Shown one piece after another: positions 46,301-58,829 of a stretch of 64,000 nt of DNA (the stretch's first letter is position 1; each line of letters opens with the position of its first letter). The stretch covers positions 61,876,001 through 61,940,000 of the forward strand of contig CM060731.1 in NCBI GenBank assembly GCA_030704615.1. Reading direction: 5' to 3'. Below the pieces are notes generated by a model. The model was given only the letters and a program-made list of their open reading frames with translations. It was not told where the DNA came from and did no database searches. This DNA comes from Takakia lepidozioides (lineage: Eukaryota; Plantae; Bryophyta). The translations under genes were made by a program, and so were the position numbers.

Positions 46301-49300
46301 TATGAGCAGGCGTGTACGAGAAGTATGGGACTCGAAAAAGGACCTGTTACGAGAGACAGGGAAGCAGGTGGTCCAGCAATTGGCAGAGGCCACCACTGCA
46401 AGTGCGCCCTCACAGGAGCTTTCGGAAGGAGCTATTGCCAACCAAGCTGTCCAGCTTTGTGCCAGCCAGGTTTCATTTCTCTCCTCACCCACGCTCGTAA
46501 GTTGCATGCAGTTGCTTACTAAGATATGTCCATGATTAACCTTATTCTGCTCTCGTTTCCTCCCCTCTCTCTCCACCACCTATCCTCAAATCTATCAAGG
46601 GAATTGTGCCTGTACCCCTGTTTACCAACTTTGAAAGTCTCGAGGCTGAGCCAAAAGCCCAGGCCCTCCTGAGGCCTAGTTTTTGGGCAAATCACACACA
46701 GCAGATTGATGCTTGTGTGAAGGGATTTCTAGAGGATATCTGGAAAACCCGGATTAATTCTATATATGAAGGTAAGTCTTACTACTTACTACCAACGTCA
46801 GCCCCTGACAGAGGTAGGTTCTGTCCCTTTTGTTCCCGCTCAAACTGGGCGCGGGGTCAATGGCCACAAGGCTACGGCAAACAACGTCTTATGAGTACAA
46901 TCTCTCCACCACCTATTCCTTGTGTGTCCACGACTTTTGGATCTTCTGATTAAAATGCCAATGGCTATCAAAGTTTGGTCAGTACATCTGTTAGTATGAT
47001 GGAACTTATCCATGGACTTGTCTATGAGTCAATATGAACTTGGAAGTGGGATGATGGGGAAGGGTGAGGTTGGGGGTGTGTGGATCTGTTTTGTTTCAAA
47101 CCTTGTTGTCTCACCAGGACAATCTTTTGATTGAGAGTAGAGCAGGATTCATCTGATTTATTATCACATTTTGGATCTCTGACAGCTTTCAAAAGGATTT
47201 GACACAAAATTAGGGGGTTTTGTGGGAGCACCAAAATTCCCACGGCCAGTGGAGGTTGCTCTTATGATGCGGCACTACAAGCGACTTGAGCAGCAGGGCA
47301 AGGACTTGGCTGCCAACAAGGCTCTAGAGATGGCCCTGTTCAGCCTGCGCTCCATGGCACGGGGAGGCATTCATGATCACATTGGAGGTGGCTTCCATCG
47401 GTATAGTGTTGATGAGTACTGGCATGGTATGTGCTTGATACAGATGCATCTGAGCTGACCTTTGATGGGCTCCAAATTGCTTGATATGGATGTTTGTTTC
47501 CTTTGATGGACTTGTTGGGCAATTGCAGAGAGTTCAATGGCAGTCTGCAAGTTTTGGTTTTAGTGTCCTTCTGCTGGTTGCCGAACTGGCTCAATAAAGT
47601 GGTGAGTTGTGGATCTGAGCAAGCTGTGTATTTCTCATGTGCAGTTCCTCACTTTGAGAAAATGCTCTACGACCAGGCCCAACTAGTGAATGTGTATCTA
47701 GATGCATATGCTGTTACTAAGGACATACAATATGCATATGTCGCACGTGATGTGCTCGACTACTTGCGCCGTGACATGACACACCCTGAGGGAGGCATAT
47801 ATTCTGCTGAAGATGCTGATAGCGCAGAGGTCCCAAATGCTCCCCGGAAGAAAGAAGGGGCTTTTTATGTGTGGACTGTGCAAGAGGTGTGTCCTCTCTC
47901 TCTTGGCACAAAAATTAACCATGCATCATCAGAAGAACAGAAACCGGCCTAAATTGCTGCTCAAAGATGCCTCATGAAGCTCAGCTGCAAGGATTTCTGT
48001 CTTCATAGCTCAATGCTTTTGCCTTGAGCTGTGGACGTTCCTGTGGATGTTACGGAGGTTCTTACTTTCTTTCTTCTCGCCCTGTTTGTCCATTACCCAC
48101 CTGTCCTTAAGGTGTGACATGCAGTGCACCATATGTCATGCAAGGTAGAGAGGACTGTAGAATCAAGGTCCAACGTGCCAGCCTTAGAGGCATAGACACC
48201 GTCTGTCACTGGATTCTTGTCTGATGTATGAGGACTATGGCACATCTGACTGAGGTCCAGAACTGGTTCTGGTAGAAATGGCACTTGGGGACTATGCCCT
48301 CTAAGGTAAGTCACAATTCTCTGTCGTGGGGTACAGTCTACGAGGTTTTAAAATTGAAGCAAGCATAAATTATGGTGTCTCTTCACCCAGAAGGTATACT
48401 GCCTTTCATAAGTATGATATTATTGCCCTTTGTATGTGCAGATCTCTGTGAGTGCCTCTGGGTGTCTCTCTGTTTGCAGCCACTTTATGCAGGCCATTAA
48501 CTCTTACTGTGTCTGAACTTGTGTAGATTGAGGAGGTGCTTGGAAAGGAACGCGCACAGATGTTTATATCACATTATTATGTGAAACTAGAGGGCAACTG
48601 TGATCTTTCCAGGATGAGTGATCCCCATGGTGAATTTGTGGGCAAGAATGTTCTCATCGAACGCCAGAGTACAGCTGAGACTGCTTCCAAGTTTGGAAAG
48701 GATGTCACACAGTACCTTGGTGAAGTGCGGGCAGAGCTTCATGCATACAGATCGCAAAGACCACGCCCACATTTGGACGATAAGGTCTGTTCTGGGAACT
48801 CCATTTGGACCTTTCCTCTGCTACATAGGTCATCCTTGCAGACATCTCAGTACACCATGAGTAACTACGCCCTCAGGGCATGTCACAGCCAGCAGGTACA
48901 GGGAGCAGTCAATGAGCTCTTTCTGTTTTCTCTTAATTGTTCGTTGTCTCTTCCTTCCAATGACTTACCTCTCCGTTTTCAGCTGACCAGATTATTATAT
49001 ATAACTAAACTCTCATTGTAGATCAACTATTTGACAGAGAGAGGAGGGTTCTTAATGCCAGTGTTTTCCTACTGGTATAATGCAATCTTTGTAGGTCTTT
49101 CACTTTTAAGAACCACGATTCCTTGAGCGAATCCTGTGTGATATGAGATATTTGTAGTTGGCTCTTATCTTGTGGGCAAATGACGAAAATGGTTCCAGAG
49201 GTTCTGGCCTTTCTAGAGTTGGCAGGATCAAGTGAATGTGTGGCTTATTGTCAGACAAACTTAAATTAAACAAAATCTAAATTGATTTTGCTTTCTGGTG

Positions 49301-52300
49301 GCTTGTGGTCGAGCAGGTAATTGTGGCATGGAATGGGCTTGTGATATCAGCCTTTGCAAGAGCTTCACGTATTCTTCAGACAGAACCACAGGACCTCCCC
49401 TATGAGTTTCCAGTTACTGGATGTCATGTAGGTACCGTTGTTCTCTTTTTTGCCGTTATTTTAAATTGATTTGTACTTTTCTCTCCCCTATCTTTGCCTG
49501 TGGTTCATATGCCTTCAATCAGAAAGGTATAAACAAATCACCTACTCACTTGGGTAAAGTTGTAACTGGGTTGGAATGCAGCCCAGGGAGTACCTTGCTG
49601 CAGCAGAACGTGCAGCCTCATTCATCAGGGCGAAACTATATGACGAGAAGACCAAGCGTCTAACACGGAGTTTTCGGGAGGGTCCCTCTCAGGCCCCCGG
49701 CTTTTTGGACGACTATGCCTTCCTTATATCAGGGCTGCTGGATTTGTATGAGGCTGGGGGAGACATCCAGTGGCTTGGATGGGCCCTGGATCTTCAAACC
49801 TCTCAGGTGGGCAAGAGAGAACTTGGATTTGTCATTAGACACTACTGTTATGGCCTTGTAGCCGTAAGTCCCACACACCTGGTTTGGAACAAGGAGTGAG
49901 GAGAGGAAAGTGGGGGGGCCAAGAGTAGCACAGAAGTGGGCCCCACTACAATCAGCAAAGGCTTGCTGCAGTAGAGGGACTAACTGTATCCCCATCTCCC
50001 AATTTCCTCTAGGATGTTATTTCCCTTCAGAATCTCAAACTACACTTCAGTCCCAATGTCTTGCTGAGCTGAAACGTAGGGTAACAGAAATTTTCATGGG
50101 ACTAATGGAGATTCTAGCTGACCGTGACAGACTCACCAACACAAAGGCTGAAATAAAGTGAAGTTTGCAGTTTTAGGCACTGTTAAGAGAGACAGGACAG
50201 TGGGGGATGGAGAGAGCAAACGTGGGGAATGAAAGTTGTTATAATAGAAATATCTGTGACTTGGTCTGTCTGCTTGAGTGGATATAGGTGTGGGATACGA
50301 TAGTGAACCATCAATTTGCCAGCTTGTAGAGGGTAATAGAGATCCTTTCCATGTCTTTCAGGATGAACAATTGCTGGACAAGGAGGGGGGGGCTTATTAC
50401 AGCACTCCAGAGGGGGACCCATCAATTTTGTTTCGGATGAAGGAAGATTATGATGGTGCCGAGCCTTCTGGAAATTCGGTGGCTGCCATCAACCTTCTAC
50501 GGCTCTCATCGATAGTAAGTGGGGAGCGATCGGATCGTTTTCGGCAGACGGCAGAACACCTTCTGGTAACTGATGACAATAGAGTTCTTTGTGGCATTTT
50601 GGATGTTAGTATTTTTTTCTCCTCTTCTCCTCTTGCTGCTCAATAGTGAGCTCTGGATAAGTGGTGTCCTGCTATAGCTAGAAATATTAGGCTGCGTCAA
50701 TCCCCAGGCCAGCATTAGACTGATGAAGAGTCCCGAGTACCCCATCACTGAAGACTGTTTTGCGGAATTCTCTCTTGCTCATGTTCTGTGGAGGTTGCAG
50801 TATTGATTGGAGTCTAGATTATTCTTTTACCCAAGCCCCTTGGGATAGCCACCCGTGTGCTCGAATCTCTGTGGAGGATTTGGGTTCAGATTGACAAACT
50901 GACGGGCAAAACCGGTAATCCGAGAGAGGGCTAGTAATGCACCAAATTACAGCGTGAAGGGAACGGTAGTTAGCATTCTCTCTCTCTGTGTCTGTGTCTC
51001 TCTTTCATTACCACGGCAAACAACGTCTTATGAGTACATTCTCTCTTTCATTACCTACCCTCGGCACTAGACTGAGGTTCAAACTCAGGGTGGGGAGTCT
51101 GCCTTTGATCAAGACATACATGCATTGAGGAAAGGAATTGTCACTGCCCAATGTGTGGGCAGCCTGAAGACAATATCCATTTCTGTTCTAAGTCCAGGGT
51201 ATCTCATCAGAGAGCGACCCTCTTCAGGACCATCAAGAACACAGTCCCTGCACCTCTATTCACCACCTTTCAAAATCTTGAGGCTAAGTCTCAATCCCTG
51301 GCCTGTTGAGGGCTAATTGCTGGGCAGCTCATGCACAGCAGATTGATGCGTGTGTGGAGGGCTTTTTAGATGAAATGTGAAAAAGCCCGAACCAATTGTT
51401 TATACCAAGGTAACTCCCACTACTGGAGTGAGCCCTGCAGAAAGGTAGTGTCTGTTCCCTCTTGTTCTGCCCAAACTGGACACAGGATCTATGACAACAA
51501 GGCTACGGCAAACAACGTCTTATGAGTATATTCTCTATCTCATTATGTGTGCTCTATTGGTATGGGTACAGGCAGTCTTTGAAGGAAAAGTGAAGGAGGT
51601 GGCTATGGCAGTGCCACTGCTATGCTGTGCATATGATGCTTTCGGTGTACAATCCAAGCGCCAAGTCATCATTGCAGGCACAAAGAATGCACCTGACACG
51701 GAGGCACTTATGACCGCCTGTCATGGCCCTTTCGATCCTGACAAAGTTGTGAGTGTGAATTACAAGCTCTTTTGAAGTTGCTTTTTTGTCCATCTGCTCA
51801 CATTTGCGCAGGAAGAAATGCTCACTAGGACTCTGTTGGCCGGCCCAGTTTTTTGGTTAGCAAAGTGTTTGAGGGTTTGGATAATAGCTAGATCAAGCTA
51901 TTTTCGAGTTACCCACTATTAGACCTCATCACTTTCAGGACCTGTGGATTACTGTTCCTCTCTCTCTCGCTACCCAATCTCACGACAAAGCTCCACTTCT
52001 ATCGAGAGACATTCTTGGTGCTCCGAGATGATAGAATCTTAAGGCCAAATTACCTTTCAGCATCGTTATCTCCTTCCCTCCTGAGGGCATTGGGGTGGTT
52101 CAGGGTGGGTTCCCACAACCTACAGATAGAGACTGGCAGATGGGAAAACCTGCAACGGGAGATCGCCTATGACCAGCTTGCATAGGGTGCAGTCGGGAAA
52201 TTGAAACTGAAGAACTCTTCTTCTTCTACTGCCCTCTATACTACGAGATCCCACTGTTTATTCAGTGGAACCCAATCTCTCACTGAAGTCTTCCACTATG

Positions 52301-53172
52301 AGGATCAGAAATGCTTGGCATTCACCTGCACGAGGTCTTCACCCTTAGACAATCACTAGAACATTAGTTCTTATTCTTGGGTTCTGGTTTTGTTTCCTCT
52401 CTCATGTTTTCTTCCATTTTGTCCCATAAGCTCTATGAGCTTTCCGCGGATGTTATAAAGCACCATTTCATTTCATCTCATTTCTCTCTCCTTGTTCCGC
52501 TCAAACTGAGCATGGGGTCAATGGCCACAAGGCTACGGCAAACGTCTTATGAGTACATTCTCTCTCTCCCTCCAACCTCCCTTCTGGCATCACAGCATGG
52601 CTGGCAGTATACCCACAGCTATGCATGTGACCTCTTCGTCCTGGAGAAGATGACTGTGACGGAGTTGAGCCAACTCATGCTTTGTAGGTGACATCGATGC
52701 CAACCCCTAGTCGATCCTCAGTGAAACAGATTGGCATAGCTGGGGCAAGCTCAGGCCAAGTCGTGGATAAAACCTGTTTCTAGATGGGTCAGTATTCTGC
52801 TGGGATTAACTCCTGCAGAGGTTGTCAGAGCATTATATCGATGAGTAGAATCTCTTTACCCAACCCTATTCTATTGAGCAATGTACACTTCACCTGAGTG
52901 ACAAATCTGATGAGCAGTCCATTCGCCTCTTGTTGCAGATCTTCCAAGTCGATGAGACCAATCAGCAGGACTGCGAATTTTGGCAAGTCATGAATCCGGA
53001 GGTCTTGGCGATGGCACGCAAAACTCCAGACGGCAAAGCTATGGCTTATGTGTGCCAAAACTTCACATGCCAAGCACCAACTGTTGACCCTCTTATTCTG
53101 GAGCAACTTCTTCGCCAAACATTCACAGGCCCAAAGATAACCTCCTTCAAGATAGGTGCAGCTCCAAAGTAG
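43323..53172 (+). CDS. SPATA20: SPATA20/YyaL-like thioredoxin-domain plus alpha/alpha-barrel protein, 15 exons, with an N-terminal transit-peptide-like extension
   Basis: [19 protein letters not shown]|VDWHPWG...|GYSTCHW|[10 protein letters not shown]...|[11 protein letters not shown]|...[11 protein letters not shown]...|[10 protein letters not shown]...|RPHLDDK. Exons 43323-43613, 44174-44246, 44563-44584, 45103-45181, 45614-45646, 45826-45974, 46310-46469, 47186-47426, 47645-47886, 48527-48784, 49317-49427, 49582-49806, 50362-50565, 51572-51748, 52939-53172. Start codon less certain. Confidence 0.93.
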
Positions 53173-53937
53173 ACAGAGTCGCCTCACATTGTGCACTGTG
53201 ATGGCAGTCTTGTACATATCACACTTGGATGCAGTAAAACACCTGTAAGATCTCACCCCTACCCTGTGCAGGCAGACTGGACAGGAATGAACCGGGAAGG
53301 AAGAGGATGGTATATTCCCACATGCACTTATACGTAGACGAGAACCCAAATATCGGACGGGCGGATGAAACAGCCTTGAGGGCTACGTGGCGGCAGCGGG
53401 CCGCCCCGCAGTTGTTGTTCGAGCAAAATGTTGGCACGTGGTGGGATCCTATTAGCCCATGCTGGCTCCGTACCTGACACGAAGTCCTCGTGTAACCCTT
53501 TGCCCGTGTGAACAGAGCGATGCCGCGTGCCTCCACAAGACTGCGGACAAGCTGTCTGTGAGAGGTAAAATTCTTACCGACCTAAGGACTTTCCTACCCG
53601 AGGCCTTTGCCTGGATTTAGACCTAGTGTAAGAATGTTACCTGTGGTGATGCCCGCTCGAATCTTTCCTCTGCCCGCGGCCCCGCCGCCACTCTCTCTCT
53701 CTGCTGCCCGAAAATAAAAAACAATCCCCGGACGGAGTGCCGCAATCCAGAACTGCCCTGGGCAGGGGAGGAATGATTCCAGCCGTAGAAACAGAAAAGT
53801 CCACAGGTGGCATAAATGAGTGAGAGTCATCTCACTTTAACTAAGTAACTAAACAATTACAAAATTAGGTGGGCAGCCACGGCCCACAGTACTGATTATT
53901 TTGCTTTTAAGTGATTGGTCGTTCGATTGGACCGATC

Positions 53938-53992
53938 ACATGCCCGCCACGTGGGGTTGACGTGGCACAGCTGTCGTATAGCCGCCACGTGC
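53938..53992. promoter_or_regulatory. Cluster of G-box/ABRE-like motifs upstream of the CASP-like gene
   Basis: GCCACGTGG, GACGTGGC and GCCACGTG within about 50 bp; another CACGTG at about 54081. Confidence 0.45.
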
Positions 53993-54289
53993 CCCTGGGT
54001 TATTTTTCACGTCCCAGTACTCCATTTTGGTCTATTTTTTTAAATTCGAAAATGGCCGGATAAAGGAAGAAACGAGAGTCGCACGTGTGAGAGAGCAGAA
54101 GGGTGGCAGCAGACAGGCCTAAAATACGAGAAAGATATTGAAGTGCAGAGGTCGTGGGTGGGTGAGATGGAGAGAAGGCAGGTGGCGGAATTGAAGGAGT
54201 CTCTCATGCGCTGCTCGGTGTGGCCCACCAGCTTATTTCCATATCCTCCCCAGCAAGGTTGCTTGCCAAGCTAGAAATTCCCGAGTCTA

Positions 54290-54435
54290 GAGAGTTGAGA
54301 GAGAGATAGTTGAAGAGAGAGAGCTGATAGAGTTGAAGAGAAGAGAGCTGAGAGAGTTTAGAGAGATAGAGTTGAAGAGAAAGAGAGCTGAGAGAGTTTA
54401 GAGAGATAGAGTTGAAGAGAAAGAGAGCTGAAAGA
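54290..54435 (+). repeat. GA-rich tandem repeat of about 40 bp upstream of the CASP-like ATG
   Basis: GAGAGATAGAGTTGAAGAGAAAGAGAGCTGAGAGAGTTTA about 3 times. Confidence 0.8.
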
Positions 54436-54709
54436 GGCAGGAACATTCAAGAAGGAAGAGTGGGGTGTGGAAGAGGGAAGTTGGGATATATTTAGCTGTT
54501 GTGGAAGGAGGTGTCTGAAGGAGGGAGACGGGAAGGTAGTGGGTGGTATTGTATACGGTCGAGTTATCAGTCTGGCTGATATCTGAAGCCAGAGACTGTG
54601 GAAAGGAAGTGGGTAATTGCCTCCAGCTGAGAGTCGCTCCTTGAGGGGTACCAGAAGAGGTTGGAGTGCTCAAGTTTAGGAAAGGGAGAGAAGGGAGATT
54701 TGTGTAGCG

Positions 54710-56716
54710 ATGGCGGAAATTCCGATGTCCGGGGGACCTTATGCAGGAAAGGGTCCGGGGTTCAACGGTCCCCCCCCTGGTGCCTATGCTCATGACGTCC
54801 CGTATCATAAGCGTCCAGTGCATAGTTGTATCAACTTCCTTCTTCGTGTTCTGACTGCTCTCGCTACAGCGGCCGCCTTCATAACCATGATAAGGGCGAC
54901 AGAGACTGTTAGAGTAGGCGGGGTGGCGGCTGGTCAAGCTAAATGGAATTCCTTCGGCTCCTTCAAGTAAGTTACTTTTCAGTTGTGCCGTCTGAGCCCT
55001 CTTTCTCTTTAGACATGCAATCATGCAATTTGAGGAACCACCCAGATACGTGACGGTCGGGACGTCCATGGGAGGCGTTGCAGATACACTGTATTAAAGA
55101 AACTGCAGTGTTGGTTAGAAGTACATATTGCAAGTGATTGTTGCACTCCTTCATGAAGGTGTTCACTCGTTTAAGCCGCAACTGTGGGGACGATGAACAC
55201 GCGGTTGTCTGTTTTATATCGGAAGAGAGTCTACAATCTACAGGTCCTAGAATAATTCTTCGAATGATCTTGAAAGTCAGTACATACCGGGTCCAGCGTT
55301 TCTATCACTCCAACGATCTTTAACAAAGTACCTGGGGGCGTGAGCTAAAGGTTGCACCATACTGAGCCCATACTGCAGTTGAGTCATGGGGAAACCGCTG
55401 CACGTTCCGCCTCTGGGGGAATTTATATGAGTCTAAGATAACCTTGAGCGAACATTTTTCAGACACGAATATGACATCTACTAGCAAGTGAGGAACCAGG
55501 TGACTTGTCCTGGTTATCTCACCCTTGCACTACTGGCGTAACGACTCGGACAAGCATCTCAAAAATTGGCCTCCAAGGGGCATTGAAATGCAATGAATGG
55601 AAAGGCATGCGTTAACATATGTAGTGTGTCCACCCTGAGAGAGTGTACTTGTAAGGTATCTGCTTCTCATCTGCTTAGTCTAAAGTTCTAAGTTCACTCT
55701 TAAAGTATTTATATTGGTTTGTCCTACTGACATCGCAAGTTGCTGAGCTACATTTGTTGGTTGGGATTATGTGTGCAGATGGTTTGTGCTCGCAAATATT
55801 ATTGTGTGTATCTACGCGATTGTAGCAGCTGGTGTTGCCTGCCTCTCTCTCTGTGCCCGTCGGGGTCCATTGAGCTACACTCCAACCGCATGGGCTACCT
55901 TCATAGTAGACTTTGTAAGCTATCTGAATCCTATTGTGTAAACATGAAATGGGGAGTACCGTAGACCTGTATTTTGTCATAGCGAGATACGTTTTCTAGA
56001 AGATTGCACATCGATGGTTTCCGATCGACATGCCATTCAGCTGTTCGGACGAGAGAGTTACCGTAAGAGAGATCTAGACCTGTACATGTACATCGTTTCA
56101 GACTTTCTAGACCTTTATCTTGAGTCTTTTAAGTACTCAAAAGTGCAAGGTGGAAGCAAGAGCGGAGAGAAATGCGGATAGAAATCAAGAGTCAGTCTAG
56201 AGCATAAACGCAACGGGCTTGACTCAGCCTCGCAGTCAGTTCAGTTAAGCAAACCAGCACGTCGCTGTTAAGGTGTCTGCTAACAGCGACTTTGACGTTC
56301 ACTGCTGACCGGAGTGACCTGGAGATGCACGCGGGCCGTGGTACCCTGCGCAAGTTTTCGAACGGTAAGACCAGCCGTGACGACGCATGATGAGAGTATT
56401 AGTCTGAGTCTGCTACAGAGCATTTCCATTTCTACTATCAATAGAAGTACTAATCCTGTCACTCCTGCCCATGTTGTGTGTGAAGTTGCTGGCGAACGCG
56501 TTGATGTCTGCAGCAGCAGCAGCACTAGCAGTGGCATGGATCGGACACAAAGGGCAGCCCACTGCCGGCTGGGCAGCCACATGCCCCATGGTGAAAGGCT
56601 TTTGCGATCGAGTGGAAGGTGCGCTGATAGCTAGCTTTCTTGGGTGGATATTTCTGGCCTTATCCACACTGCTCGCTGTGTCTAGCCTCAACCATCTTGC
56701 CATGCGACGGAACTAG
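54710..56716 (+). CDS. CASP-like (CASPL, DUF588/MARVEL) four-TM protein, 3 exons
   Basis: Exons 54710-54966, 55779-55914 and 56486-56716: NFLLRVL...[10 protein letters not shown]|[13 protein letters not shown]...FIVDF|LLANALMSA...GHKG...GWAATC...[13 protein letters not shown]. Confidence 0.92.
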
Positions 56717-58829
56717 GTCTTGTCGAAAGCAATGTGTAGGAAAATATGTGGAACAGAACTGTATGGAGTATATCAGCGTTGTATTTGTTGTACATTCCAA
56801 GTATTTGGTGGGTTATTTCTGTATGTTACAGAGGATCAATGTACTTCATCATGTACTCTTTGTATCCCCACTTGAAAATTTTACGAAATGCTAAAATAAT
56901 TCTGCCATGATCGATTTCTGAGGGCGAATATGGATTTCAAAGATCAAACGTTGGATGTCTTGAATTGCAAGCAGACCCAAAGACCTGGATGTCATGGTAG
57001 CCCTTGGAAGTTTAATGTAAATGAATCTGTGTACAATCCAATACAAGAGAGGCTTTTGTAACTGTGGGCACTGACTCTTGGGAGATGATTCCTCCAGCAT
57101 GCATCGCTTGTTGCTGGTGCATTGTTCCATAAGTAACTCACGGATTTCAGATCTCACTGTTGGTTCCTTTCCTTTTGACATGCGAGTTCTAACTTCTAAC
57201 CCATTAATGTGATTTGTTCCACGACATAGTATCACCGTGCACTAGTTTGTCTGGCCAGATGACCGTGTCCATAGACATTGATATTTCTGCAGAACACCCC
57301 TCTTCTTTCTCTCTCAAAAATACTAGCAAGGCAGTATTAGGATTGTCGACGGTAACAGGGGGGTAAACTCCAGGTTAAGAGTGATCCATTCGCCACCCCT
57401 GACTTCCATCCTCCATACTATCGGGTTGAAATCCTCTAGTGGTAAGATCAACTTATCTGAGGGAGATTCCTCAGTGATGTACTCCACAAAGATATATCCT
57501 ACAAATGAGGAAGAGTTTTGGAACTTCTAGATGGAATCAAGAGAGCGGAAAACGTGAACAGCGTACGAGGGTAGTAACTAGAAAGTTGAATTTAGAAACC
57601 CATTGCGTTGCATGCCCCTATTGTGTTGCATCTAGCAATGGACCACAACACGACTACATCATCCTGGAAAGTTTTCCTAGATTAAATCAGACACCCTTCA
57701 TAAAATTCTGATGTGTACGTACTATGACCAGTGATACCGACTAAACATCCGGGACTACTTCAGAGCGATTTCAGATCTACCTGTAATTTCTTGTCAAGTT
57801 GAGAAGTTGTGTGATTGTCATTGACCGCACAGTCGAGTACTACGCACCTAATTCCACATACGAACTTGAGCAAATCGACCTTCGAAGCCTGACGCAGGAA
57901 TCCCGAATCATGTGACGTGCGACGACGGTAAATAGGGTTTGCATTTATCCCCCTCCACACGTGTCTGATTCTACACACCCACTGTTGTTTTCTATTGACT
58001 CGTGGAAAAGCTGTGAATCATTCGTCTGCTAACGCCAGACCTGGGGACCGTTGGGAACATTAGAACGCGTTTGCAGGATTCTGTTCGAATCGCGGGAACG
58101 ACGAGGAAGGATGACGAGGTATGAGTCATCCATCTTCAGTTGCGACGATAATACGATTATACAACTTCTGTAACCAGAAATTACTAAAAATAATTTCCAG
58201 GGAAGAGAGCAAATAATTATTGTCTGATTTTGTTTTCACTAGTATTTTGATAGAAATTGTATATAAGTATAAATTCTTACAAGATCTAAAACAATAAAAA
58301 AAATAATTTGTCTTAAATAGGAAAAAGCTTCAAGAGGGTTCCTGATTCGTTAGCAAGCGAGATACACAAGGGCCCACATGTCCAATTTGATAAATTAGAT
58401 AATAATAATAACAATAAGAATACGAATATTCGACAGAATATAATAATAATAATAATAATTGAATTAGCTTTCTCCCGAAAACAATTACTGCAAGTCCATT
58501 ATGTTTTTAAGAAAAAGTCCTAGAAGTCCGCCATAGCCAGAGCTCTGGCAAGTCCCTACCGCAATCAGCGAGCGAGCGAGAGAGAGAGGGACGAGGCAGG
58601 AGTGTATGTGTGTGGGAGCATTGGAAGAAGCTGAGGCGGTGTGAAGATGAGGGTGTGCGCTGTGCGGAACGGTACAAGCGGCAGTGGCTGAAGTTGCGGA
58701 GGGAGGATGAGAGCGCTGGTCATATGAGGACGTTGCTGTTTCAGAGATTGGTGTCGGAGGTTTATTCATGTGTGGATCTACCTAGGCTGTGAGATCCGGA
58801 GGAGGCCTCTGTCGCTTTCTGTGGCAGAG

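Noticed and set aside
54398-55069. 223-aa minus-strand ORF
   Set aside because: It is antisense to CASPL exon 1 and its purine-rich leader, with no family features.
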